A stretch of DNA of 63,631 nucleotides, filler included, from Octopus bimaculoides (Eukaryota): NCBI RefSeq assembly GCF_001194135.2. It is 8 parts of 8 records of this genome, joined end to end, with 100 filler letters (N's around TTAATTAATTAA, not from the genome) between each part and the next. Parts side by side here need not be neighbours in the genome. Positions count along the whole stretch, not along the records: positions 12,876 to 40,798 come from NC_068999.1; positions 40,899 to 50,244 come from NC_068981.1; positions 50,345 to 56,162 come from NC_068998.1; 5 more parts are not named here. One strand, 5' to 3'. Shown here one piece after another: positions 37,930 to 51,705 of this stretch (position 1 is its first letter; the number at the start of each line of letters is the position of its first letter). Both the position numbers and the translations under genes were made by a program. A model generated the notes under the pieces. It did no database searches, was not told the DNA's origin, and worked only from the letters and a program-made list of their open reading frames with translations.

Positions 37930-38177
37930 TGCTCTAGTCACTAGACAGCGGTCATGCTGAGTCATCGACTTGTAGGTTTTTAGTCGAGCAAATCGTCTCC
38001 AGTACTTGCTTTTGTCTACTTTTTATTTATTTATTTATTTATTTTTATTTTTAAAGAACCGATTCTGATTCTATTGTTCTCTCTTTGCCGAATCGCTAAG
38101 GAATATTAGCACCGGTTTTCAAGCGGTGTGATTGAGGGAGACAAACGCAAATATGCAGGCACACACACACACACACA

Positions 38178-38215
<38 letters not shown>

Positions 38216-39975
38216 NNNNNNNNNNAAGGGTCGTTATGGCTGTTGCAAGTGTTTGGCACGAAACAGGGACGTCAAATACGAATTCTTCCTTGACGAACGG
38301 TAGTCTAATGACGGATATTTCCGATAGGAGGTGTTTTATTGGTGATATATAAGGACGTGCCTGAGGATTCTACCCCCACGAAACTTTCAGGAATAGTGAG
38401 CAGCAAAAATGTATAAATAGTTGGATTTCTAGCAACACGTGGGACCTATTTTGTCAAAGCCATTAGCCTTTTGAGATTTACTTAAGGAAACATTTCTGTT
38501 AAAACACTGGTGTATGGAATACAATGCGTGCAATAAATTTAAACATCAGACTGGTGTTTGCTCTCAGCATGTAAACCAACTTGAGGAATTTATTCTTTGT
38601 TTTTTTCTTCACTCGTTTTGCGTCTGTTTTTTCATGTTAGCTTCGAACAGTGGGACTTACATTTAAAGTTGTTTCAACTGAGAACATCCTGTCTGTTTAT
38701 ACAAGGAAGAAACATAACTTAATATGAAGCAATAAGACTCTGGGCGGTCGATCGAGAAATACAAATCGAATCGTCACATCTTCCAGTTCAAAATACAGGA
38801 AGGCGCATTAGATAATATTGGTATTACTAGGAATACGATGTGGCCATTTGATCATAGGTTCACCTCAATCAATATTTATCTAGGGTTAAAGAACAGCATT
38901 AGACCATTTACTTGTTTCGATCATTGGACTGCAGCCATTTTGGAACACCGTCTTGAAATGTTTTAGTGGAACAAGTCTACATCAATACTTATTTATTCTA
39001 TTTTATTTTTAAAGTCTAGTACTTATTCCATTGTACCCTAATCCTAATTGTTCTCGCTTCACCGAGCTTTTAATTCATGGAGACATAAACAAACGAACAC
39101 TGGTTGTCAGCAGGAAGCGAGGGAAAACACAAAGACACAATGTCACATACACACATAAGACACTGGTCAGCTCTAAGCTATTGTAGAAGATACTTGCAGC
39201 ACAAGGTGCCGTGTAATGGGACTGAACCAGAAAACACATGATTGGAAAGCGGAATATGTGGAGTATAACAACAACAAAAAAATCGTGATACAGGTCTGTT
39301 TCACGTAAGAAAAACAAAGCATGCAATACATAAGACAGTCCTATAAGCACGTAAGAAGCCACGATGTCTTAGCGTAGAATAACTTTAATTATAAGTCTAT
39401 TGACTCTTCAACAGAGCAACAAAAGGAACAACACTAATAACAGGCTTATTAATTACTATACTATTTTTATAGCATGTAGGCTGTTCAACGTTGGCTTGAG
39501 TATCTTAAAGCAGAAAGATTTTGTAAAAAGTAATTTGATACCCTGAATTGCAAACAATGATAGAGGACGACACCCTGCATTAGTTACACAATAATTAAGC
39601 ATTGTTGTTCAATTTTGTGGAAATGATTCGTCACATGACAGAACACAAAGATAACATTGAATAAAAAAGAAGGCAGTTAATGTTTGTTTTAACTACACGC
39701 CTAAATGAACAGTTGCATGTCAAGCTTACACGCAACAAACCGAGTGCATAAGCGCATGTGATTAGCCACACACACACGCCCCCACCCGCACACACAACAC
39801 ACACATCACGCATATGCATGACGGGATTCTTTCAGTTTCCATTGAGCAAACCCACACACAAGGCTTTGGACGTTCTGAGGCTATAATAGAAGAAACTTAC
39901 CCAAGGTTCCATGCAAAGGGACTGAATCTGGAAGCATGGACTTTGGAAGCAATCTTCTTACCACGCAGCCTGCGC
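37930..39975 (-). mobile_element. Cluster of family C SINE copies and fragments (37930-38150, 38900-39270, 39815-39975)
   Basis: Same diagnostic motifs as 36560-36979, with more divergence. Confidence 0.7.
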
Positions 39976-40452
39976 CTATATATATATATATATATNNNNN
40001 NNNNNNNNNNNNNNNNNNNNNNNNNNNNNNNNNNNNNNNNNNNNNNNNNNNNNNNNNNNNNNNNNNNNNNNNNNNNNNNNNNNNNNNNNNNNNNNNNNNN
40101 NNNNNNNNNNNNNNNNNNNNNNNNNNNNNNNNNNNNNNNNNNNNNNNNNNNNNNNNNNNNNNNNNNNNNNNNNNNNNNNNNNNNNNNNNNNNNNNNNNNN
40201 NNNNNNNNNNNNNNNNNNNNNNNNNNNNNNNNNNNNNNNNNNNNNNNNNNNNNNNNNNNNNNNNNNNNNNNNNNNNNNNNNNNNNNNNNNNNNNNNNNNN
40301 NNNNNNNNNNNNNNNNNNNNNNNNNNNNNNNNNNNNNNNNNNNNNNNNNNNNNNNNNNNNNNNNNNNNNNNNNNNNNNNNNNNNNNNNNNNNNNNNNNNN
40401 NNNNNNNNNNTGCATGCATGTATGTATGTATGTATGTATGTATGTATGTATG

Positions 40453-40496
<44 letters not shown>

Positions 40497-40497
40497 C

Positions 40498-40571
<74 letters not shown>

Positions 40572-40755
40572 ATTTGTGTATGTGTGGCGGTGCATCTGTG
40601 TTAATGGGTCGATGCTATAGCTTGTAGCCCCAGGAAGACATCTCCTCCAGCTGGTTATTGTCACACTATCTGTGCCCTGTCGCCAACCGGTGATTGTCAC
40701 AAGCTGACGACAGGTCAATACCCAGAAACACGGATCCGTGTCTATATATACTTCA

Positions 40756-40798
<43 letters not shown>

Positions 40799-40898
40799 NN
40801 NNNNNNNNNNNNNNNNNNNNNNNNNNNNNNNNNNNNNNNNNNTTAATTAATTAANNNNNNNNNNNNNNNNNNNNNNNNNNNNNNNNNNNNNNNNNNNN

Positions 40899-42109
40899 AG
40901 GACTGCCTTTGGCAGCAATTACAGCTTGAATTCTACGAGGTATGGACTTGCACAAAGTTTGAATTGTTTCCAAAGGAATTTTTGTCCATTCTTCAGCTAA
41001 ACCAGTCTCTAGTTCTTGTAGTGATGATGGTGGAGGATATCGACTCCTTACTTGTTTTTCTAAAATACATCATAGATGTTCAATAATATTGAGATCTGGG
41101 AACTGAGGTGGCCAGAAAAGATGTTCAACTTCACTAGAATGTTCCTCATGCCATTCAGTAACAACTTTAGCTGTGTGAATTGGTGCATTATCATCCTGAA
41201 AGATTGTGCTTCCCTCCGGAAACAGTTCTGCAACTATAGGATGAATTTGATGAGACAAAATACTTATATAGTCATGACTATTAATTCTGCCATGAAGGGA
41301 AACCATTAGGCGCGTGGATTTCCAAGATATAGCGCCCCCCCCCGATCATCACAGATCCTCCTCCATGTTTAACAGCTGGAAGAAGGCAGTCTGAGTCAAA
41401 TGCTTTTTTGGCTGTCTCCCCATGTATACTCGGCCGGTGGTCGGAAATAAGGTAAAGGATGACTTGTCCGAGAAAATAACCTTCTTACACTGCTCTAAGG
41501 ATCAATTTTGTAGGTTTTTACTTCACCCTGAATGCTTTACATCATTTGTTTTTTAAAGTAGTGGTTTTCTGATTGTAGCCCTCCTGTGAAATCTGGCTTT
41601 GTGCAGCTCCTGGCGAACAGTTTTGTGTAAACTTGGTTCTTGAGGCTGTCATTAAGCTCTGCAGTAACTTAGGGAGCTGTACTTTTGTGATCCGTTCTAA
41701 CAATTCACGTAAGAGTCCGACGGTCCCAATCTGAAAGTTATTGTTTTCTTCCGGAGTTTTGTCTTGACAAGGAGGTTTTCCTCTCTTTCTCAAACGCTCT
41801 CATTACTTTCGAAACAGTACTTCTTGATACAGCAGACATCTTGGCTGTTTTCATTACGCTAGCACCTGCCATACGAACACCAACAATTTGATCTCTTCGA
41901 AAGTCCGACAGATCTGTGATTTTAATGATTTTTTATTACTTTTTTCTGATGATATCTGAAAAGAAACAGCAATTTTAACAAAACATATTAAGCAACACTA
42001 ACAATAAATCAAAAGACATAAAAATAAACAAACTTTTGACTGTTTTATAGATATTTCAAAATTATGATGCTATGATGCCAGGTGTTTCCATTATTTTGCC
42101 CAACCTCTG
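40899..42109 (-). mobile_element. Tc1-family transposon, nearly full length, dead
   Basis: 5' TIR TA|CAGAGGTTGGGCAAAATAATGGAAACACC. N-terminus DLSDFRRDQIVGVRMAGAS, FSDKSSF, FQDDNAPIHTAK and WPPQFPDLNIIEHL (D34E spacing), then IPRRIQAVIAAKG. Multiple stops. The 3' TIR is lost in the linker gap. Confidence 0.9.
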
Positions 42110-42235
42110 TATAAAATTTTATAAACATTAAACATTATTTTGGTAAACATAATAATGAAAAACGTGAAAATCAGACCATGTAACTTTATTCAACTTATAT
42201 ATTATGCTATACACACTTACACAAATTCGGGGGTG

Positions 42236-42298
<63 letters not shown>

Positions 42299-42780
42299 AT
42301 TAGAGGGAAAATGACAAGAAAAACCAAGGCAGGGTGAGTATCTCAAGTCAATTAAAATATTTAGAGTACGGTGAAATTGAGGCAACATTTTTTATATCCA
42401 AATGATATTTCAGTCACCAGGCTTTACCTATTTTGAAGTAAGAGAATATTTCATTCTAAATGTATCTGGATGCATAGAACTACACAGAAGTAACAAGAAA
42501 TTTTGTCGAAAGGAAATATCAATAAATGTCACCAAATGCTACCCATCCAAAAATTATGTTTCTATTTATAACTGAGCTGTGTTGCCATAGTTCAGTGTAG
42601 TGTTGTAGGCGTTTGCACAAATACATAGGTGCATGTGTACCACACACATATACAAGCACATGTACGATAAGCTTCTTTTATTTTCCGTCTACCAAATCCT
42701 TTCATAAAGCGTTGATTGGCAGAGATAGACCTGGGAATAGTTCAAATCAACTAAAGAGTCTTAAAGCTGACTTGTGATAT

Positions 42781-43085
42781 ATCATCATCATCCATCGTCA
42801 TCGTTTAACGTCCACTTTCCATGTTGGCATCGGTTGGACGGTTTGACTGAGGACTGGCAAGCCAGAAGGCTGAACCAGACTCCAATCCTGATCTGGCAAG
42901 GTTTCTACAGCTGCATGCCCTTCCTAATGCCAACCACTCCGAGAGTGTAGTGGGTGCTTTTATGTACCACCAGCACGGAAGCCAATTAGGCGGCGCTGGT
43001 CGGGGCCGCGCTTGAATGGTGCTTTTTACGTGCCACCAGCACAGATGTCAGTCAGGCGGGACTAGCATCGGCCACACTCGAATGA
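42781..43085 (-). mobile_element. SINE family E with (GAT)n tail and an internal ~65-bp tandem unit
   Basis: Minus strand GTTGGCATTAGGAAGGGCATGCAGCTGTAGAAACCTTGCCAGATC...GGACGTTAAACGATGACGATG. Fragments also at about 46710 and 49330-49480. GTGCTTTTTA(T/C)GT(A/G)CCACCAGCAC occurs twice. Confidence 0.7.
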
Positions 43086-43130
43086 TATATATATAAACTT
43101 TACTAGTTCCCTTTATTTAACTCTCTCTTA

Positions 43131-43180
43131 TCATCTCTGATGAAGAGATATCCTTCACATCCCTGAAACAGCTATGAGAC
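43131..43180 (+). ncRNA. Decayed hammerhead-like motif
   Basis: CTGATGA (43137), AGAGAT/ATCCCT stem II, GAAAC, AGCT loop. The cleavage triplet is mutated (ATG). Confidence 0.4.
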
Positions 43181-43570
43181 TACCTTTCATTTTATAAATG
43201 TCCGGAAAATTTCACACTGCCTTGGCTTTGTTGTCTCATTTTATTTAATTTATACATGCTTACACACAACCCGCATTAGACACCTCGCTCATACTATTAC
43301 CGAACCGGGAGTCTAACTACGGCCCTTCCATAGCACTTACATAGCATTACCTGCCATTTTGGGTCTTCTGGATACCAAAACCTCTTATATATATATATAC
43401 ATTAATAGTTATCGCCAAGCCAACATAGCAGTCCATACAATAGGACGAATACTACCATTGATTAGCTCCAAGAGGCCATCGCCTCTAGCTAGCTATGTGA
43501 CACACAAACCTGTGTCCATTATAACCTTCGAACAGGGGAGGTCAGCCGCCTCCCCTTGCTGGTCTGGCAT

Positions 43571-43611
43571 CTACAGACTAGTTTCAGGGTTTTTGTCCCT
43601 TATCAATGTAG
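43571..43611 (-). ncRNA. Minimal type I hammerhead with intact stems and a mutated core
   Basis: CTACA-TTGATA-AGGG(ACAAAAA)CCCT-GAAAC-TA-GTC-TGTAG. Stem I (CTACA/TGTAG), stem II and palindromic stem III all pair. CTGATGA has decayed. Confidence 0.55.
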
Positions 43612-43633
43612 AGCAGCCGAACCCTGTATATAT

Positions 43634-43677
<44 letters not shown>

Positions 43678-43752
43678 ATACATACATATTTCCTCATGTT
43701 TTGCGATCCCTAGGCCTCCTAAGGCCAAGGTTTTGTCCAGTTTCCATGGCAT

Positions 43753-44180
43753 AGGCACAAACGTGGCTGTGTTGTAAGAGGTTTGTTTGCTGCCCAATCA
43801 CATGGTTCCAGGTTCAGCAGAAAATACTTACCCAAGATGTCACTGCATGGCACCTTGGGTAAGTGTCTCCTATTATAGCCCTAGACGAACTAAATCTTTG
43901 TAGGTGGATTTCCTAGATGGAAACCGAAAGAAGCCCAGTGTATATTTGTATATACATATATATATTCTCTTTGTGTGTGTGTGTCTTTGTGTCAGTGTTT
44001 GTCCTCCCCTCCACTGCTTAACAATGTTGGTCTGTTTACATCCCCATAACGTAGTGGTTCAGCAAAAGAGAACAGCGGAATAAGTACCAGGTTGAAAATG
44101 AATTGAAGTGCTGCGAACTAAAACTCTTCAAGGCAGTAATCCAGCATGGCCGCAGTCTAATGACCGAAAGAGGTAAAAGG
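43753..44180 (+). mobile_element. SINE family C, full-length degenerate copy
   Basis: tRNA-like head, CACCTTGGGTAAGTGTCT CORE-like box, internal TA/TG repeat, and 3' CCAGCATGGCCGCAGTCTAATGAC. Confidence 0.8.
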
Positions 44181-45690
44181 TATCAGTAACTGAGATAGCA
44201 GCATTCTCCCTCGAAAGTAGCGCCATGTCTGTCATCTGGTTAAATCCCCAGCTTTATTTACAGCTGAATGCATTGAAGCAAGAGGAAATGGTCCAAGAAC
44301 TTAACATACTACTCTGACCGGGAAAGAAACCACGGTCTTATGATCAGTAGTGCAACATCCTAACTACTGGACCACATGTTTTCACAACTAGTTGTATGAA
44401 TGTTTTCTAATTTAAACACAGGGCTACCAATTTTTAGGGAAGTGGGTTTTTGTCAATACGATGAACTCCAGTTCTTGCAATGGGTCGTACCTTTATTTTA
44501 TTGGCTCTGAAAGTAAGATAGACATAGCTAACCTAGGTGGGATTTGAATTCACAATACAATGAAAATTTTAATTTTTAGTTGTACTGAGAATGTATCAAT
44601 AGTTTAAAATTTCAAAACAAAGTATAAAAACTAATTAATTTGGGAAAATTTGAAAAATTTTCATTTCAAAAATTTAGAAACTTGTAAAACTTTATAAATT
44701 TGTTCATATAGACCACCAATTTCGTCAGATTCCAAATTTTCCCAACACATACACACACACAAATGTACACATATATATATACACACAGGTGCATACATGT
44801 GTGTGTATCTGTGCGTACATATTTGTGTGAGTGCATGTGTATGTATACGTGTGTGTGTGTGTGTGTTTGGAAGAAATATATTTCTAAAACATTTTCTCTA
44901 AATGTCAAGTGTTATATGTTTGTTTAAATTCTGTTTTACTCATCATATTTTTGTAGAAATATTTCTACTGATTTGCTAATAATAAATTTTGATTTTCTTC
45001 TTCAGAAAAGATGGAATTTTGTTTGAAGGAAGAGTAAATTAAAACTAAATAAAGAAGGAATGTGAAGCGAAAAGAAACAAGCTGGAGTTTTAAGGTAGCA
45101 GCTATAGCTGTGTGGTTAACATACACACATTTCAACTACACACTTCTGTGTTTGGTTGATTCTGGTGCATGGTTTGTTAAGATTTCCCGTTTTTTCATTT
45201 TTCCTTTGCGCCAGCTTACTGCGCCTGTCTGATAGTCGCAAGACCCATTTTCTAAAATCTATTATTGTTAGAATTGTACAATTATTTTCCTTTTGTTGTT
45301 TAGCCGAAAGGCGTTTTTGATATGATATTATTTTGATATGATATTATTTACTCCATGTAGTCAGACTTTGTGGACACTCTGTATATGTATAATTCTTCTC
45401 TGTTGCACTTGCATTATTATTTCATAACGTTACGTTCGTTAAAAAGTCGAAAGACCCTTTCTGTTATTTACCTATTTGTATTCGTATATGTACAAACATT
45501 TCTTTTCCCACCATTTTATTGTATAGCTGAAAGGTGTTCTGCCATACGTGTATAATTCTAGCTTTCTCATTTTTGTTTCTATTCCTGTTTTCGTTCTTGT
45601 ATACAATTCATCTGCCTCTTTCCCAAAGGCTTAATGCCTTTTGCTTAAGTCCCTGCACCCGCCGGACTTGAGAAGTACCAGAGATAAAGA

Positions 45691-45740
45691 AGCGAAACTA
45701 CCAGTAGTTTCTGGACTCTGACTGATGAGCTAATCAGCTG
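45691..45740 (+). ncRNA. Circularly permuted or tandem-remnant hammerhead-like motif
   Basis: AGC-GAA-ACTAC(CA)GTAGT-T-TCTG(GACT)CTGA-CTGATGA-GCT. Stem III is a perfect 5 bp, stem I has one mismatch, and stem II is open-ended (AGC/GCT). Confidence 0.45.
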
Positions 45741-46599
45741 CAAATGATCCATGCATCTTGTTTTTGTACTGTTTGCCATTTGTCGTTCTATCGTCCATTT
45801 TTCCGCATGTCGTGTTTCGTTGGTTTCCGTTTGTGCTCACCTTATAGTAGGCGTGTATCTAAACTTTATACGACTCTTTCTCTATCTTTTCTTCCCCCTC
45901 TCATTTTTCTTCCTTTTTCTCGCCCCCCCTCTCACATTTCTTAGTCCTCTCTTTCTTTAACTCCCACTATTTCCCACTTGTTTATCTCCCCTGTAGTTTT
46001 CTCTTTGTCTCTGATTTTCTGTCTAATCCTTCAATCACGCTACCCCCTACCCATCTCTCCTCCTTCCACGTGACCGTTGCCCGGCCAGCCATGATCTTTC
46101 TTTCTTGGCCTGACTGCCAATTGTCAACACTTCTCATGTCCATCCCCTATGTCCCTGCCTTTAGGCTTTCACTTCATACACTCCAGCTCAGTTTGATTCG
46201 TTCTCAGTCGAAAGACACGCGTTGTTATTTCTTGTTGTTTGTATTCGTAATTGTGCACCATGTTCTCTGTATTTTTGTTTTTTTGATTTTTTTAGTCTTT
46301 GTAGCCGTACACATCCGGTAGCTTTCTTACGTAAGGGCTCTAATGCTCTTAGCTTAGACTTTCTTGGAGCAACCAGACCGAACCATCTCAAGTATAACTG
46401 CCCGAAATGGTCGTGACTTCTGGGACTTGACTGAGGAAAGAAGGCCACGAATGACCCGTCCTTTTTTGCCTGTCCTTCTAATTGTTGTTTCTCTTGTCCG
46501 CTTTTGTATCGTCTATCTGTCCGAATGTTTTAATGCCGCCCTCTATTGCGTCTTTGTCCCATTTATATATCATTTATATAACAAGGGAAAAATACACAC

Positions 46600-46711
<112 letters not shown>

Positions 46712-46994
46712 TCACCATCATCATTTAACATCCGTTGTCCATGCTGGTACGGGTTGGAATACATACATACATACATGTATGCATGCATCGCATACGTATA
46801 TGCATATATGAATACATACATGCATACATACTAATATACAAAGGGTTTCATTCAGTTTCTCTCTACCAAATTCATTGTAAAGTTCAAATATCACTGAAGG
46901 AAGTCTTTGTTGCTATTCTTTAAATTCTGAGTTCAAATACAACTTGGGTCAACTTTGAAGATCATCATTTTAGGGTTGAAAATAATGATGAAAA

Positions 46995-47104
46995 TCATTT
47001 TACATTTTGTAGCCAATTCATTTTCCTTTTTTTCATCTCACCATCATTGTCATCATATCCTTCTCCCGTCCTGTTCCTCCTCCCCATCATCATTGTTCTA
47101 ATTG

Positions 47105-47156
<52 letters not shown>

Positions 47157-47828
47157 TGTCATCATCACTGTCATCATCACTGTCATCATCATCGTCGTCG
47201 TCATCATCATCATCATCATCATCGTTCTCCTTGTCATCATCATTATCATCGTCATTGTTGTCATCATCACTGTCATTATCATTGGTGTCGTCGTCATCAT
47301 CATCACCACCATCATTGTCATCATTATCATCATCGTCGTCACCATCATCGGCGTCATCATCATCGTCATCATCATTGTCATCATTACCATCATTGTCATC
47401 ACCATCATCATCTTGATCTTCATCATTATCATGATGATGATTACATAAACGTTGTTGTTGTCATCATCATTATTGTCATCATTGCTGTCATAATCTTTGT
47501 TGTCATCATCATCATCGTCGTTCTGATCTCCCTCCTCCTATTCCCCCTCCTCCTCATCATCTTGATCTCCCTCATCATCATATTATATCCGTTTTTTCTT
47601 TGCCTCTCTACGCTTACATGGCTTGGATGTATCTCATATCATCTCCCCCATTTGTTGGTAGATTTTCCACCAAATAAAGCCCACCAATTTTTGTTGCATG
47701 TTGTTTGTTGTTTATGCGAAGACAAACAAACACAACAAACAAAACAATGCATTCGGCCTTTTGGGGATGCAATATACTGTTTTACTGTTAATCACGATGC
47801 GTACAGCAGATACGCTGGACGAATATGC

Positions 47829-47891
<63 letters not shown>

Positions 47892-48275
47892 TGTGTGTGT
47901 GTGCGCGTGTGTATTGATACCAACAAAAATAATTTCAGGAATACGTGTTGGGTGCGCANNNNNNNNNNNNNNNNNNNNNNNNNNNNNNNNNNNNNNNNNN
48001 NNNNNNNNNNNNNNNNNNNNNNNNNNNNNNNNNNNNNNNNNNNNNNNNNNNNNNNNNNNNNNNNNNNNNNNNNNNNNNNNNNNNNNNNNNNNNNNNNNNN
48101 NNNNNNNNNNNNNNNNNNNNNNNNNNNNNNNNNNNNNNNNNNNNNNNNNNNNNNNNNNNNNNNNNNNNNNNNNNNNNNNNNNNNNNNNNNNNNNNNNNNN
48201 NNNNNNNNNNNNNNNNNNNNNNNNNNNNNNNNNNNNNNNNNNNNNNNNNNNNNNNNNNNNNNNNNNNNNNNNATC

Positions 48276-48339
<64 letters not shown>

Positions 48340-48470
48340 ACACCACCGCCATCATCATTCTGATTATCGTCATTGCTGTCATTATTGTTATCGCTGTAGT
48401 TGTAGCCATTGTCATCAACATCGTTATCTATTATCATTATGGATGTTATTGTCATTATGATCATGACAAT
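46995..48470. repeat. Degenerate (CAT)n low-complexity tracts (46995-47580, 48273-48470); a (GAT)n tract at 49490-49735
   Basis: Direct reading. These tracts generate the poly-Met/Ile/Ser/His/Asp ORFs in the track. Confidence 0.95.
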
Positions 48471-50201
48471 CTCCGCCCCCCATCCCCTTCCTCACCATTT
48501 TTACATCTGTTTGTTGATATTGCTGAATGGAAATTTCAGTGTAAAAGGGAAAACAATTTTCGAGACAGTGTTTTGAACCTGACTATTGAAACACCGTATA
48601 AAACAGATCCAAAACTACGAATACGAATTTGTGGTAACTGTTATGTAACTTAAGAAGGAAGAGAATTTGATCTGTCAGCTGAAACTTCAGCTTAAAACGC
48701 TGTTTTATTCGCTATTATCGACTTATAACTGAAATATCTTTAGAATCACAGACTGAAATTGATCCTTGGCAGTCTCCAATTAGCAACTTCATTATATTTT
48801 CCTCGTCTGAATATAGATTCCTTCACCTTTCCCAGTCAACTCTATCTTCATTAATATCCTGTCTCTCTCCCCAACTGGTTCCTTCGATATCCCCTACCTG
48901 TCCCTCCAACTCGTATGCAACATTGGTCATCCACCTTCCTTGTCCACCATTCACTACACCCACCCACCCCTTCAACCCAACCTAGTCCTTACAGTTATTG
49001 TCAACCTGCTCTCGTCTGTTCCTCTATCTCTCACTCTCCCCATACACTCTTAAAAATCCTCAAACACCCACGTTCCTTGTCCCTCTGTCAAAACTCTCTC
49101 CTACTTACTTCATAACTTGAGAGGCCACCCACAAACCCCATTAGCACAATTTTATCCCTTTTCAGCTCCACCCTATAAGCTTCTCTACAATCTGCTCTGC
49201 CCTCGCCTTATCTCATACTTCACCCCTTCGTATCCTAGCATAAAGCCATCCCGCACCTTTTGGGGTTCATAGTCTTACAAGCTGAATGGCGACCTCACTA
49301 GTGCTGATGGCACAAGCAAAGCACGCAGCATCATCATCATTACAATCATCACTGATCCATGCTGGCATGTGTTGGATGGTCCGACAGGATCTGATAGGTT
49401 CAGGGACTACTTCACGCCCTGCTGTTCGCTTTGACATGGTTTCCATGCCAGGATCCCCACCCTAATGCCAACCTCTTTACAGCATATGTGGTGGTGGTGG
49501 TAGTGTTGGCCGTGGTGGTTGTCATGGTGGTGACAACGATAACGATAATGGTGATGATGATGGTAATGATGATGATTGTCATGATGATGATGGTGATGGT
49601 GATGACGATGATGACAACGACGACGATGATGATGACGATGATGATGACGATGATGATGATGATGATGATGACGATGATGATGATGACGATGATGATGATG
49701 ACGATGATGAGGGTGATATTGAAGATACAATGAATGATATATTAAGAGAACACAGATAATATATTCTGTGAATGATTTGCAAAAGTTACTTACTTTTTTT
49801 TGTTTCAAAAAATCAAATTAATCTCATCTCTAATTATGAATTATTGATTTTTGAATTATATTTTAATGGATAAAATAAATAATTTCATTAATTTCTTTCA
49901 CAATATCTGAAATGCTTAATGAGCCAATACGAATGACATTGTATATTTTTACAAATACTTTACAAAATGTGGAATCATCTTTGTCTGACCTACCTTAATT
50001 GCTGAATAGTTTATTACAAAAAATATTCTTAATTATTATTAATATTGTTAATATTATTAATGTGCTGAGCTGGCACACTCATTGGAATGTTGGTGTGACT
50101 CTCTAGTAAGAAGTTTGCTTCCCAAGCATTTTAAGAAAAAGTCAGCTACTCGAGCCTTGTGAGTTGGTCTGGTTGACAGAAACTGAAAAAGCCCGTCATA
50201 T

Positions 50202-50244
<43 letters not shown>

Positions 50245-50344
50245 NNNNNNNNNNNNNNNNNNNNNNNNNNNNNNNNNNNNNNNNNNNNTTAATTAATTAA
50301 NNNNNNNNNNNNNNNNNNNNNNNNNNNNNNNNNNNNNNNNNNNN

Positions 50345-50701
50345 GTGGCACCTTGGGCAAGTGTCTTCTACTATAGCCTCGGGCCGACCAAAGCCTTGTG
50401 AGTGGATTTGGTAGACGGAAACTGAAAGAAGCCCGTCGTATATATGTATATATGTATGTATGTATGTGTGTGTGTGTGTATATGTTTGCGTGTCTGTGTT
50501 TGTCTCCCCAACATAGCTTGACAACCGATGCTGGTGTGTTTACGTCCCCGTAACTTAGCGGTTCGGCAAAAGAACCGATAGAATAAGTACTAAGCTTCCA
50601 AAGAATAAGTTCTGGGGTCGATTTGCTCGAATATAGGTGGGGCTCCAGCATGGCTACTGTCAAATGACTGAAACAAGTAAAAGAGTAAAGAGTAAAGAGT
50701 A
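50345..50701 (+). mobile_element. SINE family C, well-preserved copy, 5' end lost at the linker
   Basis: GGCACCTTGGGCAAGTGTCTTCTACTATAGCCTCGGGCCGACC...GAATAAGTTCTGGGGTCGATTTGCTCGA..., ending in an (AAAGAGT)n tail. Confidence 0.85.
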
Positions 50702-51608
50702 ATGAAACTATTAGGAGATAAAAATACTAGCGGGTAGTATTATGTCGGCGAGATAATACGCAGCATTCATTATGACATTAATATTATTAAAGCGGATTGA
50801 ATCTGATATTTTACTTATATTTCCAATTGACGTGGGAAAGCCATGGCTATTAACAACTCGTATATCGAATGTTAATAAAAAATAAGAACGATTAGTAGTA
50901 AATCCACAAGATATTCTTTTTTGCAAAATGTGACCATCTTCATCGCATTTGACTTTGTTTTGCAAGGTGATAATGTAAAGCTCAGTGAAACTCCAATGAA
51001 GTTGCCTTAGATATAGGTTAGAAACCGGCTCTTTCTCTGTTGGCAAGAAATCTTGAAATAAAACAGAATAATTACATACATACATACACACATACACACA
51101 CACATATATATGTATATATACACAAACATACACACATATATATACATATATGAGGTCTGATCAATAAGTATCCGGACTGTTGCCATAGAATCACCAAAGG
51201 TGACAACTAAAGGACCAAGTATCCTAAAGGCGGTGCTCCAGCATGGCCGCAGTCAAATGACTGAAAAAAGTAAAAGAGTAAAAGAGTGTGACATCGTTCT
51301 AAATTCTTTTAAAACTTTAACCTTTTAGCAATTAAACTGGCCATATTGGGCCCAAACATTCTTTCTATTTTATGTTCAGACCAGCCAGATACAGCCTCTC
51401 ACACTTACGCTATGACGTCATTCTAAAAGAAATACTGTCACGTGATTGAAATTTTGAAGCTGCGAAATAATGCGTGATTAATTCCAAACAATGGGAATAA
51501 ATAAGCATTACATTCAACAGAGTAATCTAAATGCTAAAACAATTATATAGCATACTTTAAAAAGTCACCCAATGCACACATTCCCGGCGACAGAATTGTT
51601 TCACTTAC

Positions 51609-51705
51609 CAAACAGCATATCAATCGTCCCTCTCAAAGGTGGATCAGCTTGGAATTCTTTCCTCCATTGTCTTGTGTTTCCAAACAGATATTGAAGTAAA
51701 TATTT
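51609..51705 (-). CDS. Candidate - strand exon: KYLLQYLFGNTRQWRKEFQADPPLRGTIDMLF(G)
   Basis: Perfect donor TTG|GTAAGT. The acceptor (GTTAAGCAG) is moderate. Only one frame is open. Confidence 0.3.

Noticed and set aside
42418-42480. Small exons on either strand (SPGFTYFE on +; a 52-nt exon on -)
   Set aside because: Very short or stop-containing, within chance expectation for 60 kb of AT-rich DNA.
51148-51190. Mariner element
   Set aside because: Only an isolated ~40-bp TIR-like fragment is present, with no body or partner end.
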